Positions 43,676 through 55,524 of a stretch of 64,000 nucleotides of DNA are shown in pieces. The position numbers and the translations under genes are program-made. The notes below the pieces were generated by a model. That model did not search any database and was not told the DNA's origin. It saw only the letters and a program-made list of their open reading frames with translations. Numbering within the stretch: the first letter of the stretch is position 1; the number at the start of each line of letters is the position of its first letter. The stretch comes from Vulcanimicrobiota bacterium (GTDB lineage: Bacteria; Vulcanimicrobiota; Vulcanimicrobiia; Vulcanimicrobiales; Vulcanimicrobiaceae): the NCBI GenBank assembly GCA_963795855.1, contig CAWCIZ010000001.1:448001-512000 (forward strand), given 5' to 3'.

Positions 43676-44858
43676 ATGACCGTCATCGTTCCGCCGGGCG
43701 AAGTGCGCGAGCGCGTAGTCGAACTGCGCCGCGCGATTCATCGGCACCCCGAACTCGGATTCGAAGAAGTACAGACGTGCGCCCTAGTCGAGAGTGAACT
43801 CGACGCGCTCGGCATCGAACATCGCCGCGTTGCGCAAACGGGCGTGGTGGGCGTCATACGAGGCGCGAAGGCCGGCCGTGTCGCCGGCTTGCGCGCCGAT
43901 ATGGACGCGCTGCCGATAACCGAGCGTTCCGGCGAACCGTTCTCGTCCGAAGTGCAGCGGGAAAATGCACGCGTGCGGGCACGACGCGCACACGGCCATG
44001 CTGCTGGGTGCGGCGCGCGTGCTGCAAGGCATGCGAGATGACTTGCACGGCAGCGTCGTGCTGCTGTTTCAGCCTGCGGAAGAAGGCCCCGGCGGCGCCG
44101 AGGTAATGATTGCGGAAGGCGCGCTGGACGAGCCGAAAGTGGACGCGATCGCGATGCTGCACGTGGACCACCGTTTGCACGCCGGAACGATCGGGGTCAC
44201 GCCGGGACCCGTGAACGCATCCGCCGATGAATTTCACGTGACGGTGCAGGGACGCGGGGGACACGGCGCTTATCCGCACACGGCTGCCGACGCGATTCCG
44301 GCGGCGTGCGCGATGGTGAGCGCGCTGCAAACGATCGCGTCGCGCGAAACGGATCCGCTCAAGAGCGTCGTGGTGACGGTCGGCACGATTAACGGCGGCT
44401 ATCGCAACAACGTCATCGCCGACGAAGTCAAAATGACGGGAACGCTTCGCGCGCACGATCCCGAAATTCGCAACGGACTCGAAGCGCGGCTGCGCCGCAT
44501 GCTCGAGGGCATTGCAGCCGGATATGGAGTGAAGGCACAGCTCGAGGTGCTCTACGGTTATCCGCCCGTCGTAAATAACGCCGCGCTCGCGGAAAGCTTT
44601 TCGCGCTACATGAAAGCGCATTCCGGCCTCAAAGTCGAGCGTCCCGCGCCGACAATGGGTGCTGAGGATTTTGCTTACTATGCGCAGCGCATTCCCGGCG
44701 TACACGTGCGGCTCGGAATCCGAAACGAAGAAACCGGCGCGATCCACTCGGGCCACAGTCCGCAATTTCGCATCGACGAGGCGGCGTTGCCGGTGGGGGT
44801 GCAAACGCTCGTAGCATTTGCCAGCAGCGTTTCAAGCGGCGAGGTGGTTTTCGAGTAG
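43676..44858 (+). CDS. M20D family amidohydrolase, frameshift near 43958
   Basis: [24 protein letters not shown]; then [28 protein letters not shown]. Confidence 0.92.
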
Positions 44859-44932
44859 TCAAGCAAGCGCTACTACTGCTTGTGCACAACTAGTGAAGAG
44901 GCACTATATGTAGTATCGCAGAACGCTCGCCC

Positions 44933-45463
44933 ATGGCAATCTTGCGTCCTTCGACAGCCTCAGCCCAGGCTGCGGTTCCCCGTGCGGGGACACGGCTTCT
45001 CAGCGCCGCCGTCGACGTTCAGGCCGCAGCGGAAACCGCGTTTTCTCTGCTGTGCGCAGTCGAGAAGTGGCCGGTCTGGCTCTCGTTTCTGCGCAGCGCG
45101 CAAGCGCGCGACGCGTCGGCTCCGCTCGCCGCCGGCAGCGAAATCATCGTTCGTTCGGCGATTCCCGGCGAGGAAGAGCAGCTCTTCGAAGTCGACCATT
45201 TCATTACGAATCACCAGCTCTCGCTGGTCGGCGCTTACTCGATCCGGCGCCGAATCGACTTCCGGCTCGAGCGCAAAACGTCGCGCTGCAAGCTCCACGC
45301 TCGCCTCGAGTACCCGGCCTACGGTGGCCGGATCGGCGTGCTGTACGACACCCTCAACGCAGGGCGACGGCTGCCGGCGCAGCTCGAAGAGTCGCTGGTG
45401 CACTTCAAGCACTTGGCCGAGTACAACGCCGTCGAGAAAGACGAACTGCTCGCGGACTTCTGA
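44933..45463 (+). CDS. SRPBCC (START-like) family protein
   Basis: V.V.A..E.AF.LL..VEKWP.W pattern and C-terminal helix. Confidence 0.65.
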   Translation: MAILRPSTASAQAAVPRAGTRLLSAAVDVQAAAETAFSLLCAVEKWPVWLSFLRSAQARDASAPLAAGSEIIVRSAIPGEEEQLFEVDHFITNHQLSLVGAYSIRRRIDFRLERKTSRCKLHARLEYPAYGGRIGVLYDTLNAGRRLPAQLEESLVHFKHLAEYNAVEKDELLADF

Positions 45464-45520
45464 GTCGCGCGATCTTAGCAGTCGTTGACTGGGAGTGCTA
45501 GGCGCCGGTATACTTGCTTC

Positions 45521-45817
45521 ATGCCGCTGTACGATTATCAGTGTTCGAAATGCCAGCACGTCGTCGAGGTTCGCCACGGCTTCAACGACACGTACGCCGA
45601 AGCGTGCCCTGCCTGCGGAGGCGCGCTCAGGCGCGTGATTAATCCGGCGCCCGTGATTTTCAAAGGCTCCGGCTTTTACGTAACCGACTCGCGCAAACCG
45701 TCCGGCGACTCTTCGTCTTCGACCTCGCCCGCGTCGTCCGCGCCGTCCGCATCGCCTGCCTCGTCCGCATCGTCGCCCCCGTCCACCTCGTCTTCGTCCA
45801 AAGAGTCAGCCGCATAG
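45521..45817 (+). CDS. FmdB family zinc ribbon protein
   Basis: MPLYDYQCSKC..CPACGG..FKGSGFYVTD plus Ser-rich tail. Confidence 0.92.
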   Translation: MPLYDYQCSKCQHVVEVRHGFNDTYAEACPACGGALRRVINPAPVIFKGSGFYVTDSRKPSGDSSSSTSPASSAPSASPASSASSPPSTSSSSKESAA

Positions 45818-45823
45818 GGGCGC

Positions 45824-46159
45824 ATGAGCACCTGGACGTGGGTGTTGACCGGCTGGTGCGTCGCCGGCGTGCTGCTTCCGCTCGTGCCGGCGTTCATGGT
45901 CGCGCGCCTTGTCTTACGCCTGCGCGCACGCGTTGCCGACCTTCGGCGCGCGCGGCTGTTCACGTCGATTGAATCGCTGCAACTGCAGCGCGCGCGGGCG
46001 GTGCACGTCGCGGCCGAAGCGCGCCCGTTGATCGCGCGCGGGCAAAGCGCCATTGCGGTCCTGCGCAAGAGTGCCGTGCAGACCGGTTACGTCGACGCGC
46101 GGGACTCGCTCGAAAACGCCGGCGCCCAAATCAGCGCGTTGGCGCAAGAACTTCGTTAA
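45824..46159 (+). CDS. Hypothetical membrane-anchored protein
   Basis: N-terminal hydrophobic helix followed by a helical region. Confidence 0.55.
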   Translation: MSTWTWVLTGWCVAGVLLPLVPAFMVARLVLRLRARVADLRRARLFTSIESLQLQRARAVHVAAEARPLIARGQSAIAVLRKSAVQTGYVDARDSLENAGAQISALAQELR

Positions 46160-46173
46160 TCCGCCGTCCCCGC

Positions 46174-47278
46174 TTACGGTTTGGGCGGCTCCTCGTTTTC
46201 CGGCGGCTCCCAATGCCAGCCCGGCGCCGAAGACGGGGGCCCCGGCATCGGAGGCAGACCGAATGGCGACGCCGCGTCGCCGGCCGGGCTTTCGGTATTC
46301 GGAACGGCGAACGGCGCGCCGAACGGCATGCCCGGGTCGCTCGTCGCCGGCGGCGTTACTACGGGCGGTACGACCGGCGTGCTTGGCGCAGCCGGCGTCC
46401 ACGTCGACCAGCTAAGCGCGGGCGCGGGCGGCGCGGGCGGCGGTGGAGCGGGTGCGCTGCGTACCGGCGGTTCGGGGATCGGTTCGCGGCTTTGCGCCGC
46501 CTTCGCGACGCTCGGGCGTGGGCGTGGGTTCTTCGCGCGGAGTGAAGATCGGCTGCGGCAAATCGCCGACCGCCGCGCCGGTAATCACGTAACGCGCGGG
46601 CGGCAATATCATCGAATCGGAACGGCGCGCGAGCGCGCGCAACTCGTCGAGATCGCCTCGCGGCGCGTCTTCGACCGCCATCGTGTCGAGCAGCAACGCG
46701 ATCGTGTCGCGCAGGTACTCGCGCGGCGGAACTTTCGCAAAGGCAAAAACATGCTGTGAAACGTTTGCCTTCACTGCTTGCAACAATTTGCGCCAATACT
46801 CGAGCGGCTGATAATACTCGAACTGACCCAGTTCGCGTTTGGCTTGTGAATAGAGACGAGCGATGCGCTTGCCAATCTGATCGGCCGGAGGCCCCGGTTC
46901 GACGATTGCGACACGTTTTGCGACGCGTGCCAGTTCGGACACGATCTGCGCGTGAAAGAACGGATCTTGTTCGTGTAAATAATGGAACGCGATCGCACTC
47001 TCGAACGTGTCGGCTTTCGCGGGAATTACGGAGGTGCTGCCGCGCAAAAGTTTGGCGCCTGCGTCTTCGAACTTGCGAAAAAGTTGCTCGCGGTGCTCGA
47101 TCACCGTTACGTCGGCTCCGGCTTCGAGCGCGCGACGCACCCAGCGAGCGTCCTCGCCGTAGCCGCAGAAGAGCACGCGCTGCCCGGGCTCGATCACCAG
47201 AGCATCCCAGATCAGGTTCTCGATGTAGCGCGATTCGCGTTCGAACTCGTCGGCCGAATACCGTGGGGTGTCGTTCAC
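46174..47278 (-). CDS. Class I SAM-dependent methyltransferase-like protein with Pro-rich tail (frameshift near 46510)
   Basis: PGQRVLFCGYG, IPAKADTFE, ELARVA; the alternative frame continues as a Pro-rich tail ending GWHWEPPENEEPPKP* at 46174. Confidence 0.65.
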
Positions 47279-48551
47279 TCTTGCGCCTTCCGGAGCGTGG
47301 TGAGAAAGTCGGGAAACTCACGCCGATACCGCTTTCGTCGTCGATGCGCAGCGCTCCGGCGCCCGCCGCCAAACACCCCGCCGCCATCGCCGTCCGGTGA
47401 TCGCCGAAGGTCTCGAGCAAGCCGCCCTCACAGCTCGGGCGTCCGCCGCGAATCAGCAGTCCATTGGGAAGCAGTTCGACGCTCACGTCCGCAGCGTCCA
47501 GCAGCCGCAGAATTGCCGCCACGCGATCGGATTCTTTCGTACGCAAATCGTGAACCCCCGTGATGCGCGTTTCACCTTCCGCAAATGCGGCTGCTACGGC
47601 AAGGGCCAAGATTTCGTCGATCGCGCGAAGCGCAAGATCCGCGCCGATGGCGATGCCGCGCAAATCGGCCGATTCGACGACGATGTCGGCAACGGGCTCG
47701 CCGCAGCGCTCGCGCGGATTGCGCAGTTCGATATGCGCGCCCATTTGCAGCAGTGCGTCCAGCAGGCCCGTACGCGTTGGATTAACACCCACGCCGGGCA
47801 GCGTTATCGAGCTGCCGCGTGCGATCGTCGCCGCAACGATGAAAAACGCGGCTGCGGAGAAATCGCCGGGCACGTCGACGTCGGAGAAAGCGCGCGGCAT
47901 CGAGCGTAACTCCACGCGCGCTCGGTCGAACTCGACGTCGCAGCCGAAGTACCGCAGCAGCCGTTCCGTGTGATCGCGCGATCCTTTGTCAGCGAGCGTG
48001 GTGACCGGCGTGCCGGAGAAGACGCCCGCAAAGAGCAGCGCGGACTTTATTTGCGCGGACGGCGAAAGGAGAATGAAGCGGCGCGTTTGCGGTTGCGTTC
48101 GCCCGTTCAGAACAGCGGGAAGCGTGCCGCTCGCGGTTTCGATCCGCGCCCCGAACGCGCGCAGCTGCGCCGCGACAGGTTCCATCGGTCGGGTGCGAAG
48201 CGACGCATCGCCATCGAATCGCGCCCGCAGATCCGCTCCGGTGCAGGCGCCGAGCAGCATACGCGCGGTCGAGCCGGAGTTCATGCAGTCGATCGTCTCT
48301 GCGGCATCGTGCAGCGTACCGCCGCAGATACGCGCTGAGGTCCCGCTTAGATCGACGTGCGCGCCAATGGCAATCATGGCGCGTGCCGTGGCGCGCACGT
48401 CGCTTCCGGGATTCAGATTTCGAAGCTCGATCGGTTCCGGGCTTTGTGCGCCTAGAATGAGGGCGCGGTGCGAAATCGATTTATCGCCCGGAACGGCGAC
48501 GGTTCCGCGCAGCGGCCCGGCCGAAAACGTCGGATTTGTGCTGTGCATCAC
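47275..48551 (-). CDS. aroA: 3-phosphoshikimate 1-carboxyvinyltransferase, frameshift near the C-terminus (~47315)
   Basis: PGDKSISHRA, NSGSTAR, SAQIKSA, RDHTE, KESDR, DHR, VSFP. Confidence 0.95.
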
Positions 48552-48565
48552 TGCGGAGCGGAATT

Positions 48566-48648
48566 TGGGGAAGGAGGGGGTCGAACCCTCATGGGTGTTT
48601 ACCCGGCCGCTTTTGAGGCGGCTGCGTCTGCCATTCCGCCACTTCCCC
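48566..48648 (-). tRNA. tRNA-Leu(CAA)
   Basis: GGGGAAG/CTTCCCC acceptor, GCCGC-CTCAAAA-GCGGC, variable arm, GGTTCGACCC. Confidence 0.93.
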
Positions 48649-48656
48649 GCGCAGAA

Positions 48657-51600
48657 CTACGGCCGATTCGCGAGGCGCGTCAGCAGCGCCTGCGCTTGCG
48701 TGAAAGTTCCCGCCACGGCGGTGGTATAGCGCACTGCGGCGGCGCGTCCGGGTGAAAACGTCATCGTGAGTAGCGCGTCGGCAACATGTCGATCGACGCG
48801 CGCGCTTTCGACGGTGCCGCCAGGCCAAGTAATCGCGAGCAAGCGATGCTTCGACGAATTGAAGAAGCCGACGCCGTCCGTTCCGCGCAAGATCTGCGTT
48901 CGGCCGGAGATCGCGAACGAAGATAGTTGCTGGGCGCGCTGCGATGCCCCGTTCGGAAATCGCGTATCTAGCGTGACGGAGAACCCGTCGGAGTTTAGCG
49001 CAACCGATTTTATGAATGTCGCGCCATGCGGCGGCGCATCGGGGGCGGTGTAGGTGAACCTCGCCCTCGAGGATGCGGGCGAGATGCTCGCGGCGTAGCA
49101 GCGGTTGAACGTACCCGTCGCGATCGGGTGCGTGTATTTGGCGATGTAGTCGCGCGGCGAAGCCGGGCGCTGCTCGAGCCATGCGTCGCGCAATCCGCCT
49201 ACGGTTGTAAAAAGATTCTCGCCGCTGCGAAAATCTTCCAAGACGAATGCGCGCGCTCCGGCACACGGTGAAACGATTAGCCGCATCGTCGCATTTTCGA
49301 AGACGATCGCGGGGTAGCCGTCCCGATACACGTCGCTTCGGTAAACCATCGGGCGATGCGGCGCGGAAAGGTTTGTTGCGATCCAGCTGCCCGGCCGCAG
49401 CGGAAGTCTTCGCGCGCCGAGAAGACGATAAACTCGCAGGCGGTTGCTGTGGAGCTGCGTTGCGTAGGGACAGCGGGATCAACACTGCATCGCGAGGCGC
49501 GACCGTCAGTGCCGGCGCCCATGCGTGAAAGCGTCCGGCATGAACGAGCGCGGCGCGCGTATGCAGCGCAGCGCGGCCGTAATTTACGACGTCCAAGAAG
49601 CCGAAGCGCTCGTTGCGCGCAACCAGGAGCGCGGCGTTCGGTATTCCGCCCGCCGCAGGCTCGGAGATGCGCGCGGCGCGCGCGGTCGAAACGATTCGTC
49701 CGCCCGCTGCGCGATAGGCCGCAAGGGTGCGTCGTACCGCCGGTACGTACGGGGAGCGAACGCCGTTGGGCGGGAGAACCAGGACGCGGTACTGTGCGAG
49801 ATCGGCCGCTGAAGCGTAGCGCAGATCGACGAGCCGGCACGTGATGCGCATGATCCGGCAACCGCGCTGCGCGTCCATAGTCGCTTGTGCGACTTGCGCG
49901 ATCTGCTCGTTCGAAATACGCGAAGCGTCATACGCGCTCGTCAAATATGCGACGGCGGCGTCGGCCGCGGGGCGGCGTTTGCGCGATCAGGGTGCCGTAA
50001 CGAGCCATCAGCGAACCGAACCGCGCGGTCGGCGCATAGCGCGCCTGCGGCGTCAGCTGCACGGAGAGCGCCGCATCCCATGAATAAAACGCGTTCGTCC
50101 ACGGCGCTTCCCAGCCCGCCGGATTGAACGTATCTTGCACCGGGAAGTTCACCACGCCGTGTGCGCCCATCTGCAGCAGCGTGTGCAGCGCAAGCGTGGT
50201 GTTGGTGGGATCCGCCGGGCGCGGCGCGGGCTGATCGGCGTCTTGCAGCCAGCCGGCTTGAAACTCACTGATCATCACGGGGCGATCGCGTTGCGTTTGG
50301 AGCAGACCGGTGGAAAATTCGAGCTGCGTGCGATCGTGTTCGCCGATACTGTACGCGTCGCTCTGATACCAGTTTCCCCAGGCCCACGCGGGCGCATCCG
50401 CGGTCACCTTCATCTCGTACGTGTTCACGAACGTCGGTATACCGGGCGCGGCGGTCCGAACGATGGAGTCGAGATACGAAATGTACCGGTGGAAATGCGG
50501 CCCGGGCCACGTGTCGTTGTCGATATACGCACCTTGATCGTCGTCCAGCGCTATCGCAACGATAGCGTGTTTTCGCGGGACGACGGTCGCAAGCACTCGC
50601 CGCAGCCAGCGCGTCGCGTAACGCATGTGCAGCGGGTTGTTCATCCATTCCTCCGCCGCAGCGTCGGAATGCGCGTTTTGAAGCGTAGCGGTCGCCGGAT
50701 AGCGGCCTTCCAGCACGTCGGAAAGCGGCATACGATACGGCGCGCGTTCCAGCAGCCACGCAGGATAGCCGCCGTTGCGCCATTCATTCCGAATCACCGG
50801 TCCCGGCCGCAGCACGATTGCGAAGCCGTCGCGGTCGATCAAGCCAAGCAGCCCCACTAAGTCGCGCCGCGGATTCGTACGACCGGTGAAATCGAAATCA
50901 CCGTCACGCAGCTCGTGCCAATTCCACATCACGTAGAGGTCGATTGTGTTGATGCCCATCGCCTTATACCGTTGCAGTGCTTCCGCCCATTCTTCACGCG
51001 GCACGCGTTCGTAAAAGAACGTGGCGCCGTACAGGAAGAACGGCTTCTTCGTCTGGGCGTGCGCGATAGCGGGATGGGCGAGGAGCGCAAATGCCGCGGC
51101 GATCGCGAACGGCCATGCGCGCTGGGTGCGGGCCATGATGAGATACGCTGCGATCCCCACGACGAGCCAGCCGACGCCGGCGCCGATTGCCGTCGCGCCG
51201 GTATAGGCGAACGCATACAGCCATCCCGCGAGCGCTACGATTGCGGGAACCGGGAACAGCCACATGCGAAACGGCGCCCGTTCGCGCCGGGCGCGCAGCA
51301 CGAAGAGCGCGACGATTTGGGCGACGCTTTGGATGAGCACGATCCCTGCCGTGAGAATCGCGATCACCGTGTCCAAACTGAAGAAACATGCCGCCAGCGA
51401 CGCGGCGCCTATCACGAGCAGCGAAACGTGGGGAAACTGTCCGCGCGGATGAAGAAGCGCGAACGCGCGGAAGAATTCACCGTCGCGCGCGGCGGCAAAG
51501 GGGATGCGCGCGAAGCCGGCGAGGTTGCCGAACAACGACGCGAACGCAGTAACGAGGATCAGCACGGTGATTCCGCGCGCCGCCCAGACGCCCCAGGCGA

Positions 51601-52441
51601 CGGCAACGGCGGTTGCAGCGACGAACTGTGCCTGCGGCGTTTGCGTTCCATCCGGGCCGACGAGCGTGCGCCACGGTATCACGCCGAGTATGCCGACTTG
51701 CAGTAAAATATACAGCACCGCGACGATGACGATCGAAAGGACGACGGCTTTCGGGATCGTCCGGTGCGGATCGCGCACTTCGTCGCTCATCAGCGCTGCG
51801 TCGCTATAGCCGACATAGTCGTACAGCGTGATGTAAAGCGCGCCGCCCAAACCGGCGAAAAAGCCGGTTCCCAGCGAAACCGGTTTCGAAAGCGCGAATG
51901 CTTCGTGAAAATGCGCGTGCGTGAACGAAGCGGCGATGATGAGCAGCAGCGTGCCGACGGCGGCGACGGCGAGCGCCGTACCGAGCGCGGCAACGGCAGT
52001 GATGCGCCGATACAGCATTGCAATCACGACCACGCCGACGAGCACGGAAGCGCCGACGTGAAGCGCCGCATGCTGCGCGACCGCCGGCACCAAATATCCC
52101 AGGTAGTCGGTGAACCCGATGTATCCGCTCGCAAGAAGAAACGGCGCGTACAAGAGAAACTGCCAATTGAAGAGAAACGCGAGCAGTCGTCCCCACCGCT
52201 TCGAGCCGAACGTTTCGCGCAAGTAAACGTACGTGCCGCCGGAACCGGGATAGCGTGAACCCAGTTCCGCCCACACCAATCCGTCGCACAGCGCGACGAG
52301 CGCGCCCGCAATCCATCCGGCGAGCGCTAGCGGTCCCGCGAGCTGCGCGAGGACGAGCGGAATCGTCACGAGCGGGCCGATGCCGATCATCGTGATGACG
52401 TTGAGCGCAACGGCGCCGCGCAGGTTGATGCCGCGGATCAT
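48657..52441 (-). CDS. APC family permease fused to a GH35-like glycoside hydrolase with C-terminal domains (frameshifts near 49975 and 49370)
   Basis: MIGIGP, AELGSRYPGSGG.Y, EVRDP.RTIP (APC), then in frame MGINTIDLYVMWNWHE..GDFDFTG, RPGP.IRNEWRNGGYPAWL, SEFQAGW (GH35). Confidence 0.82.
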
Positions 52442-52493
52442 CTTCGCGCCGTTCTCTGTAGTGACGGCCGACCCTGGCGGCGAAGAGCGCCGC

Positions 52494-53538
52494 ATGACGG
52501 ATCGGCAAAGCGCGCTTTCGCGTCTGCTCAGACTGCAGGGCGATGTGCGGTTGGATTTTATTACCAGCGCAGCGCTCGAGGGCAATGCGCTCGGGGATCC
52601 CGCGCAACGGCCGGTCGCGGTGTACGTGCCGCCGCATTACGATCCGGAAGGCTCGCGAGCGTACCCGGTGCTGTACTGTCTGCATGGATATACCGGCGAC
52701 GTTGCCGCGCTGATCAGCGCGCGCCCATGGGAGCAGAACGTCCTGCAACGGATGGACCGTCTCATCACCGAGCAGCAGATGCCGCCCGCGCTTCTGGTTC
52801 TGGTCGATGGTTTTACGCGATTGGGCGGTTCGCAGTACGTCGACTCGATTCACAACGGAGATTACGCCACGTACGTGGTGCGAGACGTCGTGCGTCACGT
52901 CGACGAGTCGTATCGCACGGTCGCGGAAGAAGGCGGCAGAGCAGTGCTGGGCAAGTCGTCGGGCGGCTTCGGTGCGCTGCACTTGTGCATGCAGCACCCC
53001 GGTGTCTTCGCCGCGCTCGCCTCGCACAGCGGTGACGCGTATTTTCGGTACGCGCATCCGCCCGCATTCGTGAAAGTGCAGCGCACGCTCGAGAAATTCG
53101 GTTTCGATATCGGCAAGTTCGTCGACCACTTCGAGAATGCGCAACAAACGCCCGCAAACGGACTACGAAACGATGGAGATGCTCGGGTATGCTGCCGCGT
53201 ATTCACCGCGAACCGCAACGGCGTTCGATCTCGATCTGCCGTTCGACCGAAAAACCGGGGAGCTGCGTGAGGACGTGTTTGCGCGCTGGCTCGCGTTCGA
53301 CCCGGTCGAGATGTGCCTGGGCAAGCAAGCGGAACTGGGACGCCTGCGTTTGCGTTATCTAGATTGCGGCCGGCGCGACGAATACGCTTTGGACATCGGA
53401 GCGCGCGTGCTTGCGTCTCGTATGCGCGAAATGGGACTCGACGTGCGTCACGAAGAGTTCGATGACGATCATCGAAACGTCGGGTACCGTTACGACGTAT
53501 CGCTGCCGGCGTTGTCCGGCGTCTTGGAGAGAACATGA
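52494..53538 (+). CDS. Alpha/beta hydrolase (putative esterase, Fes-like), frameshift near 53145
   Basis: VYVPPHY..YPVLYCLHGY, GKSSGGFGA nucleophile elbow, DCG..DE, C-terminal His. Confidence 0.85.
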
Positions 53539-54113
53539 ACCGGTTCGTCCTTGCCCTCGTCCTTTGCGCAGCGGCGGCGTGTGCCGTGCCCGCTCTTGCG
53601 CAGGACGCTCCGCAAGTGTACGCCGGCCCGACCGCCGCGCCGAATCAGTTCACCGATCCGGCCATGACGTTTACGGTTGGTCCCGGTTACGTGAAGGCGC
53701 CCATACCGCCGCACGATCCCACGCAATTCGAGGAGCCGACGCTCGTTGCGGCCTTTGCGGGCAACACGAAAGCCACCGCGGGCCGCGCAATCACGATTCA
53801 GATGGAAAATTTCGACGGAAACTTGGCCGGCTTCGAAACGGTCACGGAAAACGAATTGCGTAATCAGATGGACGGCGTGTTCGTGAAGAAGCACGAATTA
53901 ACGACGCTGTCCAACGGCATGCCGGCGTACTGGCAAGACATCACTGTCGGCAGCGGTTTCAACGAAGAGAAGCGCTATGAATACGTTTGGGTCGACGGCG
54001 TGCGCGGCATCGTCCTCGCAGTCAGCGCCCGCTACGGAACGATCACCGAAGACGAGGCGAAGAAAGCGCTAGCGAACGCCAGCAGCGTCGCTTATCCGAA
54101 CGGACGCCCGTAG
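53535..54113 (+). CDS. Hypothetical secreted protein
   Basis: Signal peptide ending ALA; ATGA overlap with the esterase. Confidence 0.7.
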   Translation: MNRFVLALVLCAAAACAVPALAQDAPQVYAGPTAAPNQFTDPAMTFTVGPGYVKAPIPPHDPTQFEEPTLVAAFAGNTKATAGRAITIQMENFDGNLAGFETVTENELRNQMDGVFVKKHELTTLSNGMPAYWQDITVGSGFNEEKRYEYVWVDGVRGIVLAVSARYGTITEDEAKKALANASSVAYPNGRP

Positions 54114-55247
54114 CGCCTGATCCAAGTCGCCGATCAGATCGTCGACGTCTTCGATACCGACCGAAAGACGAAGTAAACCGTCGGTCACCCCGCGCTTCTC
54201 GCGTTCCTCTTTGGGAATCGATCCGTGCGTCATGCGTGCCGGATGACAGATCAGCGATTCAACACCGCCCAAACTTTCCGCTAAACTGAAAAACTGCATG
54301 CGATTGGCGAAGTCGATCGCCCGCTGCTCGGGTCCTTTGAGCGTGAACGAGACCATCCCCCCGAATCCGCTCATCTGGCGTTTGGCAAGCTCGTGCTGGG
54401 GATGCGACGGCAGGCCGGGATAGTACACCCGGTCGACTTCCGGGTGAGCCGACAGGAATTCCGCGATCGCTTGGGCATTTTTCGCATGTTCGCGCATGCG
54501 GATCGCGAGCGTTTTCGCGCCGCGCATGGTGAGCCACGCATCGTGCGGGCCGGGTACGCCGCCGACGGCGTTTTGGTGAAATTTGATGACGTCGTAAAAC
54601 TCTTTGCTGCTCGTCAGCGCCGCGCCGCCGACGACGTCGCTATGACCGCCGATGTATTTCGTCGTCGAATGCACGACGATGTCCGCACCGAGCGTGAGCG
54701 GCTGCTGAAAAAACGGCGAAGCGAATGTATTGTCGACGACGACCACGGCCTTCTCGCGGTGTGTCTGTGCGATGCCCGCGATAGCGCGGATGTCGATCAG
54801 TTTAAGCAGTGGATTCGTCGGCGTTTCGACCCAGAACATCTTCGTGTTCGGCTTGGCTGCCGCGCGCACGGCGTCCAGGTCCGCCATGTCCACGTACGTG
54901 AACTCCAGACCGTAGCGCGAAAGCACACGGGAGAAGAGCCGGTACGTTCCGCCGTAAAGATCGTCGGTCACGACGACGTGATCGCCGGCGGAAAGCAGAT
55001 TCAGCACCGCCGACGTCGCGGCCATGCCGCTCGCAAACGCGCTGCCGTAGTCGGCGTTTTCGAGGGCGGCGAGTTGCGCCTCCAGCGCGACGCGGGTGGG
55101 GTTCACCGTGCGGCTGTAATCGAAACCCTTGTGCTCGCCGACTGCTTCCTGCGTGTACGTGGACGTCTGATAGATCGGAACGATCGTCGCGCCGGTCGCC
55201 GGATCCGCGCCTTGTCCGACGTGGATGGCTTTGGTGGAGAATTTCAT
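54069..55247 (-). CDS. Cystathionine gamma-lyase/gamma-synthase
   Basis: PIYQTSTY, YSRTVNPTR, ETPTNP, HSTTKYIGGHSD, AESLGGVESL. Confidence 0.93.
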   Translation of the reverse strand: MKFSTKAIHVGQGADPATGATIVPIYQTSTYTQEAVGEHKGFDYSRTVNPTRVALEAQLAALENADYGSAFASGMAATSAVLNLLSAGDHVVVTDDLYGGTYRLFSRVLSRYGLEFTYVDMADLDAVRAAAKPNTKMFWVETPTNPLLKLIDIRAIAGIAQTHREKAVVVVDNTFASPFFQQPLTLGADIVVHSTTKYIGGHSDVVGGAALTSSKEFYDVIKFHQNAVGGVPGPHDAWLTMRGAKTLAIRMREHAKNAQAIAEFLSAHPEVDRVYYPGLPSHPQHELAKRQMSGFGGMVSFTLKGPEQRAIDFANRMQFFSLAESLGGVESLICHPARMTHGSIPKEEREKRGVTDGLLRLSVGIEDVDDLIGDLDQALRASVRISDAAGVR

Positions 55248-55523
55248 TTTAAAAGGCGCTCCAGCCGAGCTTCCGCGCCCCCCACAAAGTGGGGCCCCCG
55301 ATGGGATCGATAGGCGGAAGGAATTGCCGCGTTACGACGCAGCAATTCCATGCTTGCAAAAGGCTTTGTACAAAGGCGCTCCAGCCGAGCTTCCGCGCCC
55401 CCCACAAAGTGGGGCCCCCGATGGGATCGATAGGCGGAAGGAATTGCCGCGTTACGACGCAGCAATTCCATGCTTGCAAAAGGTTTGGTACAAAGGCGCT
55501 CCAGCCGACCCACAAAGGATTTC
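55245..55523 (-). repeat. Two full copies plus one partial copy (120-bp period) of the same repeat family as at 19031-19289
   Basis: AAAGGCGCTCCAGCCGA recurs at 55252, 55372 and 55492; the full copies are nearly identical. Confidence 0.95.
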
Positions 55524-55524
55524 A

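Noticed and set aside
55245..55523. CRISPR array interpretation of the repeat-spacer-like arrays (also 19031-19289)
   Set aside because: The intervening sequences are identical within each locus, units are 120-125 bp, and no cas genes are present
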